Assembly (NCBI GenBank): GCA_964501035.1
Contig: CAZCRK010000011.1
Coordinates: 1 to 37,819 of the forward strand
Reading direction: 5' to 3'
DNA length: 37,819 bases
The notes under the pieces are model-generated. The model saw only the letters and a program-made list of their open reading frames with translations, made no database searches and was not told the origin of the DNA. Below, one piece after another: positions 28,058 through 36,753 of the stretch (position 1 is its first letter; each line of letters begins with the position of its first letter). The translations under genes and the position numbers were made by a program.

Positions 28058-29212
28058 CTATCCTTTCATACTTTGGGTTAATACGTGTGTAAAATCGTTC
28101 AGAGATACTGCAAATGGATGTGTTGAATGGCAGGCATCTTCAAAAGCAATTTCACTGAGTGTAGAAATATCTTCTTCATTAAAATTATGATTTATCAAGC
28201 CTAAGTTTACATTTAAACTCTTTATAAATTGTTTTACGTTTTCATATAAAGATTGATTTTTATCAAAAATATTGTTGATAATTTCTAATTTATTTAACAA
28301 CGATTTATTTTCTGTAACGGTTGCTTTTTGGTATGTAAACTCTAAACAAAAAGGCATTGCTAAAGCATTTGCCAGTCCATGATGCGTATTTTTATGAGCA
28401 GAAAGAGCGTGTGCTATGGAATGAATCATTCCCAATCCTTTTTGGAAAGCAGTTGCACCCATTGTTGCTGATAGTAGCATTTTTCCACGAGCATCAATGT
28501 CATTTCCATTCTCAACTACCTTTGGAAGATTTTCTACAATCATTTTCAAACCTTCTAGAGCAATAGCATCTGCCATGGGATGAAATGAATCCACCAAGAA
28601 CGCTTCCAAACAATGAGAAAATGCATCAATGCCAGTTGCAACCGTAATATGTGGTGGAAGTTTAATCGTAAAATTTGGATCTAAAACTGCAATATTGGGC
28701 ATTAAATCTGGGTGAAAAAATATGGTTTTACGACCTGTATCCTGCAAAGTTACCACAGATGATCTGCCAACTTCACTTCCAGTTCCTGCAGTTGTTGGAA
28801 TAGCATATAATGGTGGCATTTCATTTGTAATGAGTGCATCCCCACCAATTGCATCGTCGTATTGAGCTAAAGGTGGTTCATGAACTGCTAAAAATTTTAC
28901 AGTTTTTGCAACATCCATTGCACTACCACCACCTAAACCAATAATTGCATCATATTGCCCCATAAGGAAATATTGACGTGCTTTTAACACATCTTCTTCT
29001 AATGGATTTGAATGGATGTTTGAAAATACATCAACATGCAAATTTTGTTGTAAACATTGCAATTTGACTTGTTCTGCAATGCCTGCTTCTACCAATCCAT
29101 TATCTGTGATTATCAATACTCTTTTGCAACCATCTTTCAGTATTGCAGGGGGTAATGATTGGATTGAGTTTTTACCATAAAAAATAACTGTGGGGTAATT
29201 ATATTGAATCAT
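28058..29212 (-). CDS. Iron-containing (group III) alcohol dehydrogenase
   Basis: GLGGGSAMD, IPTTAGTGSE, DAFSHCLE, GMIHSIAH and HHGLANA (metal ligands). Confidence 0.94.
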   Translation of the reverse strand: MIQYNYPTVIFYGKNSIQSLPPAILKDGCKRVLIITDNGLVEAGIAEQVKLQCLQQNLHVDVFSNIHSNPLEEDVLKARQYFLMGQYDAIIGLGGGSAMDVAKTVKFLAVHEPPLAQYDDAIGGDALITNEMPPLYAIPTTAGTGSEVGRSSVVTLQDTGRKTIFFHPDLMPNIAVLDPNFTIKLPPHITVATGIDAFSHCLEAFLVDSFHPMADAIALEGLKMIVENLPKVVENGNDIDARGKMLLSATMGATAFQKGLGMIHSIAHALSAHKNTHHGLANALAMPFCLEFTYQKATVTENKSLLNKLEIINNIFDKNQSLYENVKQFIKSLNVNLGLINHNFNEEDISTLSEIAFEDACHSTHPFAVSLNDFTHVLTQSMKG

Positions 29213-29223
29213 AAGAGACCTTG

Positions 29224-30597
29224 TTAAATTATTTCAAAATATCGTTTTAACATCCAATTCCAATCAACATCACATGATTTTTGATTATCATACGCCTTTA
29301 CTTCCCATTTCCTTGAAATTGTGAAATGTCTAACCCAATCTTTGCCGAATATATCATTCATAATTTCATTGCAACTAAACGCATGAATTGCATCGTTGAG
29401 TGAGTTTGGTAAAATGGGGTTTTTTGAAGAAGTATCTAAATCATACGCGTTGCCATTAACCATGGGGAATGGTTCTAATTTATGTTTGATACCATACAAA
29501 CCAGTTGCAACCGATGCAGCCAATGTTAAATATGGATTACCATCCGCAGCAGCTATGCGATATTCAAGTCGAGTACTTTTTGGAGAGCCTGGAATGTAAC
29601 GAATCGCACACGTTCTATTATCAAGTCCCCAATTGGAATGGGTTGGAGCCCAAAAGCCTTTTATCATCCGGGTATATGAATTAATCGTCGGAGCTACCAT
29701 TGGTAAAACAAAGGGTAAAAGTTGCAATTGACCTGCCAAATAATGCCGGCATGTATCACTCATTCCATTTTCTTTTGATGCATCATAAAACGCACTAGTT
29801 CCATCTTCTTTCCACAATGATTGATGTAAATGTCCACTTTGACCTGGATATTCAGCATTCCATTTTGCCATAAATGTAGCCATTAACTCTTTACGTTGAG
29901 CCAATACTTTTGCAAAAGTTTTAAACAATGCTGCTTTATCTGCAGATTGCAACCCGGAGTCAACGCTTATACAGGCTTCCAATACTCCAGGACCGGTTTC
30001 AGTGTGAATTCCCTCTAATTCAAAATCCATTTCGTTTGCCATATCAATAAAATCATGGTATAATTCACTATACACAGAATTACGTAATATAGAATACCCA
30101 AACATTCCGGGTGTAAACGAGTTGAGATTTTCAAAGTTTTTTTCTTCGATTGAGTGAGGAGTTTCATTGAACATAAAAAATTCATATTCAAATGCAGATT
30201 TTATTGAGTAACCCATTGAATTTGCTTCATCCAAGACAGTTTTAAGTAATTGCCTAGGACACGCAGGGTAGGGTGAACCATCATTGTTTTCAAAATCTGC
30301 AATAAACAATGCAGTTTCAGGTTCCCATGGGATTTTACGATATGAATTAGGGTCAATTTTAGCAGGAGCATCTGGAAAACCAGTTTCCCACCCAGTAACG
30401 GATGATTTATCATACAATTCATCTACTATATCCCACCCAAAAATAACATCACAAAAACCAAATCCATTTTCAATTGCAGATGCAAATTTTTTGAAGTTTA
30501 TATATTTACCACGAAAAATTCCATCGACATCAAAAATTCCCACTTTAATCTTGGAAATACCATCAATTTTCAGTTTTTCTATTATCGGATGTGACAT
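29224..30597 (-). CDS. Glutamine-synthetase-like gamma-glutamyl-amine ligase (GlnA4/PuuA-like)
   Basis: DVDGIFRGK, FEYEFF, HTETGPGVLE, ATFMAK, GHLHQSL, NRTCAIR and RLEYR. The GS glutamate flap (GYEAP) reads GFWAP, as expected for an amine ligase rather than a true GS. Confidence 0.88.
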   Translation of the reverse strand: MSHPIIEKLKIDGISKIKVGIFDVDGIFRGKYINFKKFASAIENGFGFCDVIFGWDIVDELYDKSSVTGWETGFPDAPAKIDPNSYRKIPWEPETALFIADFENNDGSPYPACPRQLLKTVLDEANSMGYSIKSAFEYEFFMFNETPHSIEEKNFENLNSFTPGMFGYSILRNSVYSELYHDFIDMANEMDFELEGIHTETGPGVLEACISVDSGLQSADKAALFKTFAKVLAQRKELMATFMAKWNAEYPGQSGHLHQSLWKEDGTSAFYDASKENGMSDTCRHYLAGQLQLLPFVLPMVAPTINSYTRMIKGFWAPTHSNWGLDNRTCAIRYIPGSPKSTRLEYRIAAADGNPYLTLAASVATGLYGIKHKLEPFPMVNGNAYDLDTSSKNPILPNSLNDAIHAFSCNEIMNDIFGKDWVRHFTISRKWEVKAYDNQKSCDVDWNWMLKRYFEII

Positions 30598-30604
30598 TCT
30601 ACTC

Positions 30605-31987
30605 CTATACTTTCAGTTTGAAATGATATGATTTAGGGCGAGTTAATTGTTGAATACCAATTTTAGACAAACTTGCTCCTCTTCCACTGTCTTTTACCCC
30701 AACCCAAGGTAGATGAGGGTCAAGAAAATCACATCTGTTCATAAAGACTGTACCTGTTTCAATTTTATCTGCAATTGATGTTGCTCTTTCATGTGATTGC
30801 GTCCAAACAGATGCAGTTAAACCGTAGGGACTATCATTCATTAGTTTGATTGCTTCATCATCATTTTTGACAGACATTATTCCAACTACAGGTCCAAAAG
30901 ATTCTTCCATCATGATGTCCATTTTATGAGAACAATTTGTTATGATGGACGGTTTCATGAAATTTCCAATGTTTGGAATAGTACTAGAATATTCATGAAT
31001 AAGAGCACCTTTTCGTTTTGCATCTTTTAACTGATTTTGAATGGTTTCAATTCCTGACTTTTGTGCCATTGCTCCCATTGTTATATTTGGATTAAGAGGG
31101 TCTCCAATTTTGAGTTTGTTCATCCAATTTATTGCATGTTCTACAAAATATTCATACATTGATTCCTGCACATAAATACGCTCTACAGAACAACAGGATT
31201 GCCCCGCATTGTAAAATGCTCCATCCATCACATTTTCCAAAGTGTGGTCGAATATTGCATCATCGCAAATATAAGCTGGATCTTTACCTCCCAATTCTAA
31301 TCCAACATTTATAAATTGATTGGAAGCTGATTGTTGGATCTTATGTCCACCAGAAACTGAACCTGTAAATGAGACATAATCTATTAATCCAGAATCTATT
31401 AGTTTTTCTGTATTTTGATGGGTAAGCACTAAGGCATTTACTAAGAATTGAGGAGCACCTACTGAGTTGAACGCATCTTCGAAATGTTGAGCACATAAAG
31501 GAGTGATTGAGCTATGTTTAATCAGTACCGAGTTTCCAGCTAACACCGAAGCAGCAATTACATTTACTGCAATGAGTAAAGGATAGTTCCACGCTGCGAT
31601 ATCCAATACAACCCCAAGTGGTTCACGTTTAATATGTCGGTTAAATCCATCAATTGGTGGAAGAATATCATCTGTTAATGCTTGTTCAGCAATTTCACAT
31701 AATCCCTTCATACGGAAAATTGTTCCATCCACTTCATTTATAGAATGAGAAATGGGTCTGCCCATTTGACGTGTGATATCTAATGCAATTTTATCTTTAT
31801 TTGATTCAAAATATGAAATCACTTTTTCGATTAATTGTATTCGTTCAATTACGGATGTTTTTTTCCATCTTTTTTGAGTTTGTTTAGATTTGTTAACAAT
31901 CAACTCTACATCAGGGAATGAATGATATGGGATAGAAATGATTTCTGTATTTGTTGCTGGATTTATGAGTGTTAAATTATTCTCCAT
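30605..31987 (-). CDS. Aldehyde dehydrogenase, probably acting on a gamma-glutamyl-aminoaldehyde
   Basis: AAWNYP, FTGSVSGG, LELGGKDPAY, NAGQSCCSVERIYV, EESFGP and MNRCDFLDP; adjacent to the GS-like and Fe-ADH genes. Confidence 0.9.
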   Translation of the reverse strand: MENNLTLINPATNTEIISIPYHSFPDVELIVNKSKQTQKRWKKTSVIERIQLIEKVISYFESNKDKIALDITRQMGRPISHSINEVDGTIFRMKGLCEIAEQALTDDILPPIDGFNRHIKREPLGVVLDIAAWNYPLLIAVNVIAASVLAGNSVLIKHSSITPLCAQHFEDAFNSVGAPQFLVNALVLTHQNTEKLIDSGLIDYVSFTGSVSGGHKIQQSASNQFINVGLELGGKDPAYICDDAIFDHTLENVMDGAFYNAGQSCCSVERIYVQESMYEYFVEHAINWMNKLKIGDPLNPNITMGAMAQKSGIETIQNQLKDAKRKGALIHEYSSTIPNIGNFMKPSIITNCSHKMDIMMEESFGPVVGIMSVKNDDEAIKLMNDSPYGLTASVWTQSHERATSIADKIETGTVFMNRCDFLDPHLPWVGVKDSGRGASLSKIGIQQLTRPKSYHFKLKV

Positions 31988-32612
31988 GTGTTTTGAAAAT
32001 CAATGCCTTCCCATGGCTAAGGGTTAAAGTGATATTGTCTGAAAGTGATTCATTTAATGTTCCAGAATATAAAAATGGTAGGGAAGTATTTTCTAAAACA
32101 TATTTCAATCCTTCAGAAGTAAATTTAATTGAATCATCGGTTGTAAAAATTGAAATTTGTTGACCTACAAAGCTATCTATAATATTTTTGTTTTTGTTTA
32201 GAACCAAAAATTCACCATAATCAGTTACAATTTTGATTATTAAATTTGTTTTAAATTGTAAAATTGAGAAAATATTTCCAATTGAATGATCTTCTCGTTT
32301 GCCACTTACTCCTACAATAATTAGCTGCTTTATATCATTGTCTTCAGCCCACTTTATGGATTTTCGTAAATCATTTTCATTTTGGTCTGGTAAAAATGTG
32401 CAGATGGATTCAAATTTATTTTTACTTTGACTAGAAATTGAATCTAAATCTCCAATTATCGCATCCGGTTTAAACCCATTTTGAGAACATAAATCTGTGG
32501 CACCATCACAGCAAATAATTGTGGATGCATGTTTTAAATACTGTAATGGAGTTGGATGAGTCGGAAAATCTCCATTTGCCACTAAGACTGGTTGGTTATT
32601 TAATTCCGTCAT
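31977..32612 (-). CDS. thiN: Thiamine pyrophosphokinase
   Basis: ANGDFP, CCDGA, PDAIIGDLDS, DQNENDL, GKREDHSIGN and GLKY...GTLN. Confidence 0.93.
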   Translation of the reverse strand: MTELNNQPVLVANGDFPTHPTPLQYLKHASTIICCDGATDLCSQNGFKPDAIIGDLDSISSQSKNKFESICTFLPDQNENDLRKSIKWAEDNDIKQLIIVGVSGKREDHSIGNIFSILQFKTNLIIKIVTDYGEFLVLNKNKNIIDSFVGQQISIFTTDDSIKFTSEGLKYVLENTSLPFLYSGTLNESLSDNITLTLSHGKALIFKTHGE

Positions 32613-34347
32613 CCCAGGTAGTATTCAACCATGATTCAAACAGTAATTTTTGAGATTTTGATGGATTGTTAATCTGAGTTATTGAATATTTATCAAATGG
32701 CATTTCAATTGGTTTTACATGAATTGTTTTTAACATAGCATTGCGAGATATTGTAAATTCATGGTGTGTATTAATTTTGCAAGTTGATAAAGATGTTTTG
32801 ATATTTTCAGATGTTAATCGATACCCATTTATTGCAATTATTTCATCTCGAGCATTTAATCCATCAGAATATGCAGGCCCATCCGAAAACACCCTTGAAA
32901 TAACCGTACTATTTGGAGAAATGTTCAAACCAAACCATGAAGCATTTTTATAATCAGACTTGGAATATTCGGTTTGTAGTTCTAATCCTGCAAAATGTAA
33001 ATATGAGTTAAAATCTAATTCTTCAATGTTATGAATGTAATTTTGAATAATTTTGCAACTATCCCCTGAAACTTTTTCAACTGCATCAAAGAAATCTTTT
33101 TCTGTCAATCCTTCTTTTGTTGATTTATAATTATTCCAAAAAAGTTGATATACGTCATCTAATGATGAATTATTGTTTGTATTATTTCTGATGAGTAAAT
33201 CAAGAATTAAGATAATTAGCCCACCTTTTAAATAATATGAAATTGAAGTATTATGGCTGTTTTCATCAGGGCGATATAGCTTAATCCATGCATCAAATGA
33301 AGCATCCGAAACAGATTGGACATTTCGTCCAGGTCTTTTATGTAATTGGCGAATATCATGAGAAATCAATTCTAAATATTCTTTAATAGAAACTGTTCCA
33401 GATCTTAGTAAAATGTGATTATCATAATAACTCGTAACTCCTTCAGCAATCCAAAGTAGAGTTGTATAATTTTCATTTTCATAATCAAAAGGTCCCAACT
33501 CTTTTGGACGAATTCGTTTTACATTATATGTATGAAAAAATTCATGTGAAACTAATCCGATGAATTTAATATATGATTTTCTATCTGTAAACCCATGTCT
33601 ATTAAATATCATAGAACACGAGTTGGAATGCTCTAGTCCACCATAGCCTTCAGAATTTAAATATAAGAAAAATATGTAATGTTCATAAGGGATTGAGCCA
33701 AATATTTTATGTGTTGTTTCTAATATTTTAGTCGTATCAGATATAATAGATTCCATGTTTTCATTTCCCGACGAAACGATTGCATATTCATGGGATATGT
33801 TTGACGCTTGAAATTGTTTAGTTTTATGGTTACCAATTTCAATTGGAGAGTCTACTAATTCATCAAAGTTTTTAGCAATAAACCTCTCTTTGCTGCTTTT
33901 GTAATTTTTGAGCGTTGTAGTAATTTTATTCCATTTATGAAATGGCTCGAATTCAACAGATAACTGTTGGTTTTCAAACCCTTTTGGAATCATAAATACA
34001 CTTGCCCCATTTATCATAGCATGGTCGCTATCCAAAAAGCTTGTTCTCACACTCATTTCAAATGCGTACACGTCATACTCAATTGAACACTTTTTATGTC
34101 CATTCAGTTCTATTTCCCATGTATTTTTATTTATTTTTGATGTATTTAGTTTGGTGTTGTCTGAGACAGATTTGACAGAAATGATATTTTTGGAATATTC
34201 ACGAATAAGGTATGAACCTGGAGTCCATGTTGGCATATAAAGTTCAATAGTTTTATTAGTTAAATCTCCAATATCAATTTTTACATGAAAAATGTGTGTA
34301 TGAGGATTTTCCATTGAGACTGTGTAATGGATATTTGCTTTTTTCAT
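32596..34347 (-). CDS. M61-family glycyl aminopeptidase with a C-terminal PDZ domain and no signal peptide
   Basis: MPTWTPGSYLIRE, LVDSPIE, GGLEH, SHEFFHTYNVKRIRP (HEXXH), LWIAEGVTSYY, SYYLKG and PDZ GPAYSDGLNARDEIIAING. Confidence 0.93.
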   Translation of the reverse strand: MKKANIHYTVSMENPHTHIFHVKIDIGDLTNKTIELYMPTWTPGSYLIREYSKNIISVKSVSDNTKLNTSKINKNTWEIELNGHKKCSIEYDVYAFEMSVRTSFLDSDHAMINGASVFMIPKGFENQQLSVEFEPFHKWNKITTTLKNYKSSKERFIAKNFDELVDSPIEIGNHKTKQFQASNISHEYAIVSSGNENMESIISDTTKILETTHKIFGSIPYEHYIFFLYLNSEGYGGLEHSNSCSMIFNRHGFTDRKSYIKFIGLVSHEFFHTYNVKRIRPKELGPFDYENENYTTLLWIAEGVTSYYDNHILLRSGTVSIKEYLELISHDIRQLHKRPGRNVQSVSDASFDAWIKLYRPDENSHNTSISYYLKGGLIILILDLLIRNNTNNNSSLDDVYQLFWNNYKSTKEGLTEKDFFDAVEKVSGDSCKIIQNYIHNIEELDFNSYLHFAGLELQTEYSKSDYKNASWFGLNISPNSTVISRVFSDGPAYSDGLNARDEIIAINGYRLTSENIKTSLSTCKINTHHEFTISRNAMLKTIHVKPIEMPFDKYSITQINNPSKSQKLLFESWLNTTWDDGIK

Positions 34348-34402
34348 AATTTAACCTTAGTTATTACTTTCATTTCAGTTAATTCCTACGCGTATTTAAG
34401 TA

Positions 34403-34432
34403 ACAATTTAAAGAAATTGTATATGCGGTCAA
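34403..34432 (-). promoter_or_regulatory. Candidate sigma70 promoter of the M61-thiN-ALDH-GS-ADH-MscS operon with an overlapping inverted repeat
   Basis: Minus strand TTGACC (34432-34427), 16-nt spacer, TAAATT (34410-34405); perfect palindrome ACAATTT-N4-AAATTGT at 34403-34420 covers the -10. Confidence 0.45.
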
Positions 34433-34474
34433 TACTCTTTTTTATAAAGGGATTATAATTGTAATTTTCGAGCT

Positions 34475-35236
34475 ATGAATTTTATCAAATTATTACTTTT
34501 AACCCTTTATTTAGCGTTTAGCTATGGGGAAGAAAAAGACGCGAATTCTGTTTTGTTAAATGTGCTCAATAATACAAATAATATTGACCAAACATACTCT
34601 GTAGAATTACATCAAACTCAGCAAAACAAACTTGATAAATCAAAAAAATTAAGCATTTTTGTTCAATGGTCAGATACAGGAAAAGTGCAAAAGAAAACAC
34701 GAGTCATAGTTCATAAACCTGAAAACATGAAAGGTGTTTCTTACTGGGAACATCAGTTCACAGATAATAAAAAACAACAATGGATGACAATGCCAATTAC
34801 AGGGAAATTGGTGGAAATCACTGATAAACCTGTAAATCGCAATGAATTTGATTTATCAGAGTTAGAGTTATCGCCAAAAGTGATTAGTAATCATGAAAAT
34901 TCTATTTTAGGCAATGAAAATATTTTTGGAAGAGAATGTGTGATTGTTAAATGTGTCCCCCAGAATAAATCTATTCGAAATCCTATCAAAAAACTATGGA
35001 TTGATGAAGAATTCAATATAATTAGAAAAGCTGAATTTATTTCTAAAACAGGCAGAATATTAAAAAATATAAGTATTACTGAAATTATACAAATTGATAG
35101 TCTGCAATTTCCCAAACATATTGATGTATTTGATAAAAAAAAGAAGATAAATATCCAATTAACAATTTCAGATTTAAAACTAGATTCTCAAAGAGATGAA
35201 CTGCTTTTTACTCCTAGAAAATTGAACTATGAATAA
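34475..35236 (+). CDS. Outer-membrane lipoprotein-sorting / LolA-like periplasmic protein
   Basis: Signal peptide (...LAFSYG), KPENMKGVSYW, and KLWIDEEFNIIRKAEFISKTGRILK typical of the LolA_like family. Confidence 0.78.
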   Translation: MNFIKLLLLTLYLAFSYGEEKDANSVLLNVLNNTNNIDQTYSVELHQTQQNKLDKSKKLSIFVQWSDTGKVQKKTRVIVHKPENMKGVSYWEHQFTDNKKQQWMTMPITGKLVEITDKPVNRNEFDLSELELSPKVISNHENSILGNENIFGRECVIVKCVPQNKSIRNPIKKLWIDEEFNIIRKAEFISKTGRILKNISITEIIQIDSLQFPKHIDVFDKKKKINIQLTISDLKLDSQRDELLFTPRKLNYE

Positions 35237-35786
35237 TAGAATAAAACGAACGAATGATGAGTTAAAGGCAGCTCGTCCTACATTAGATGAAGTAAAGTTT
35301 ATACCCCGTGTACCTGTTTCAATTTTAGTTGAAAATGTACGATCTGTTCATAATGTAGGGTCAATTTTTCGTTCCGCGGACGGGTTTGGGGCAGAAAAAA
35401 TTTTTCTAACAGGTTATACAGCGTACCCTCCTAGAGATGATTTACATAAAACAGCGCTTGGTGCTGAAGATGCTGTCCCTTGGGAGCACTTTGAAAATCC
35501 AGTAGATGCCGTAACCTCGTTGAAGGAAAATGGAATTACTTTGGCATTAGTGGAGCAAACCACCAGTTCAACATCAATTTATTTACAGGATTTTAATTTT
35601 CCAATATGCTTTATTGTGGGCAATGAAGTTACAGGTGTTTCTGAAGAGGTTTCTGCTCTTGCAGATATTCATCTTGAAATTCCAATGCGGGGAATTAAAC
35701 AAAGCCTAAATGTATCTGTTGCCACAGGTGTAGTTGGGTATGAACTTGCTAGAGCATTTTGTATAAAGACAAAAAAAGAGTTTTAA
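35229..35786 (+). CDS. SpoU/TrmH-family (SPOUT) RNA 2'-O-methyltransferase
   Basis: ENVRSVHNVGSIFRSA, IVGNEVTG and IPMRGIKQSLNVSVA. Confidence 0.94.
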   Translation: MNNRIKRTNDELKAARPTLDEVKFIPRVPVSILVENVRSVHNVGSIFRSADGFGAEKIFLTGYTAYPPRDDLHKTALGAEDAVPWEHFENPVDAVTSLKENGITLALVEQTTSSTSIYLQDFNFPICFIVGNEVTGVSEEVSALADIHLEIPMRGIKQSLNVSVATGVVGYELARAFCIKTKKEF

Positions 35787-35804
35787 TCATGTATTACTTA
35801 TCAA

Positions 35805-35834
35805 TTGCGAAGGGTTGTAATGTAGTTGTAAATT
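35805..35834 (+). promoter_or_regulatory. Candidate promoter for the CpoB-like operon
   Basis: TTGCGA (35805-35810), 18-nt spacer, TAAATT (35829-35834); GGAG SD at 35870 before the ATG at 35879. Confidence 0.35.
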
Positions 35835-35878
35835 CGACCCATATTTTTCTTCAATTTTTATAATTTAACGGAGCAGTA

Positions 35879-36745
35879 ATGTACAATAGTTTTAATACAA
35901 ATTTTCGACTATCCATTATTTTGCTAATGTCACTATTTTTGATGAATTGTCATTCAAAATCATCAACTTCACCCGATATTGCAACTACAAATAGTGAGAG
36001 TGATAGTAAAGTCAAAAAGTTAAAAGTAAACTTGTTATTACTTGATGAAAAAATCGAAAAATTAGAAAACCAGATTACTAATTTAAACACAACCATTGAT
36101 AATCAATCAGGGACTATTTCAACCTTAGAAGAAAAATTAACAACCTCAGATGATGTTGAAACATCAGTAATTGATGAAACAATGTTAAAGCTTCAAAATA
36201 AAGTGAAAATTTTAGAAGACAGGGCATTCTATACAGATAGTCTATACTTTGAAATTGTTAATGACCTAGTAATGATTGAAAATAAAATTGTTTCATTAAC
36301 TACAAGTTATCGTGAAATGTCAGATCTAAAAATAAAAGGACATATTCAAGAAATTCCACCCATTAGTAAAGAAGAATACAAAGCAAAATATATTGAAGCA
36401 TTATCTCAATATCAAAATGGTGAATGGACAAAAAGTTTGGGTAGTTTTTCTTATTTAATCACGGTCGATAGAACCAATGACTTAGCAGACAATTGCCAAT
36501 ATTGGATTGGTGAAGTTTATTATGCAATGAAAGATTTTAGACGATCTATAAAAGAGTTTGAGAATGTATTTTCGTTTCCTGCATCAAACAAAGCCGATCA
36601 CGCACAATATAAACTAGGTTTATGTTATATAAATATAAGTAATGAAGAAAAAGCAAAAGAAGAATTCAAAAAATTAATAGACTATTACCCCAATAGTGAA
36701 TATTATAAAAAAGCGAAACAATATTATAATCAATACAATAATTAA
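35879..36745 (+). CDS. CpoB/YbgF-like coiled-coil + TPR lipoprotein
   Basis: Lipobox-like LMN-C, long coiled coil, then LADNCQYWIGEVYY, KADHAQYKLGLCY and LIDYYPNSEY typical of the YbgF TPR. Confidence 0.82.
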   Translation: MYNSFNTNFRLSIILLMSLFLMNCHSKSSTSPDIATTNSESDSKVKKLKVNLLLLDEKIEKLENQITNLNTTIDNQSGTISTLEEKLTTSDDVETSVIDETMLKLQNKVKILEDRAFYTDSLYFEIVNDLVMIENKIVSLTTSYREMSDLKIKGHIQEIPPISKEEYKAKYIEALSQYQNGEWTKSLGSFSYLITVDRTNDLADNCQYWIGEVYYAMKDFRRSIKEFENVFSFPASNKADHAQYKLGLCYINISNEEKAKEEFKKLIDYYPNSEYYKKAKQYYNQYNN

Positions 36746-36753
36746 AGGATGAC

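Noticed and set aside
29224..30597. Housekeeping glutamine synthetase glnA
   Set aside because: The flap glutamate is replaced (GFWAP) and the ADH/ALDH context points to an amine gamma-glutamyl ligase.
34348..34474. TPP riboswitch upstream of the thiN-containing operon
   Set aside because: No CTGAGA or other THI-box core, and the region is short and AT-rich.
35812..35851. GGGTTG-N17-CGACCC hairpin with a T-rich tail as a riboswitch, ncRNA or terminator
   Set aside because: Only a 6-bp stem with a G-U pair and a 17-nt loop, no Rfam-like motif I recognise, and it overlaps a plausible promoter.
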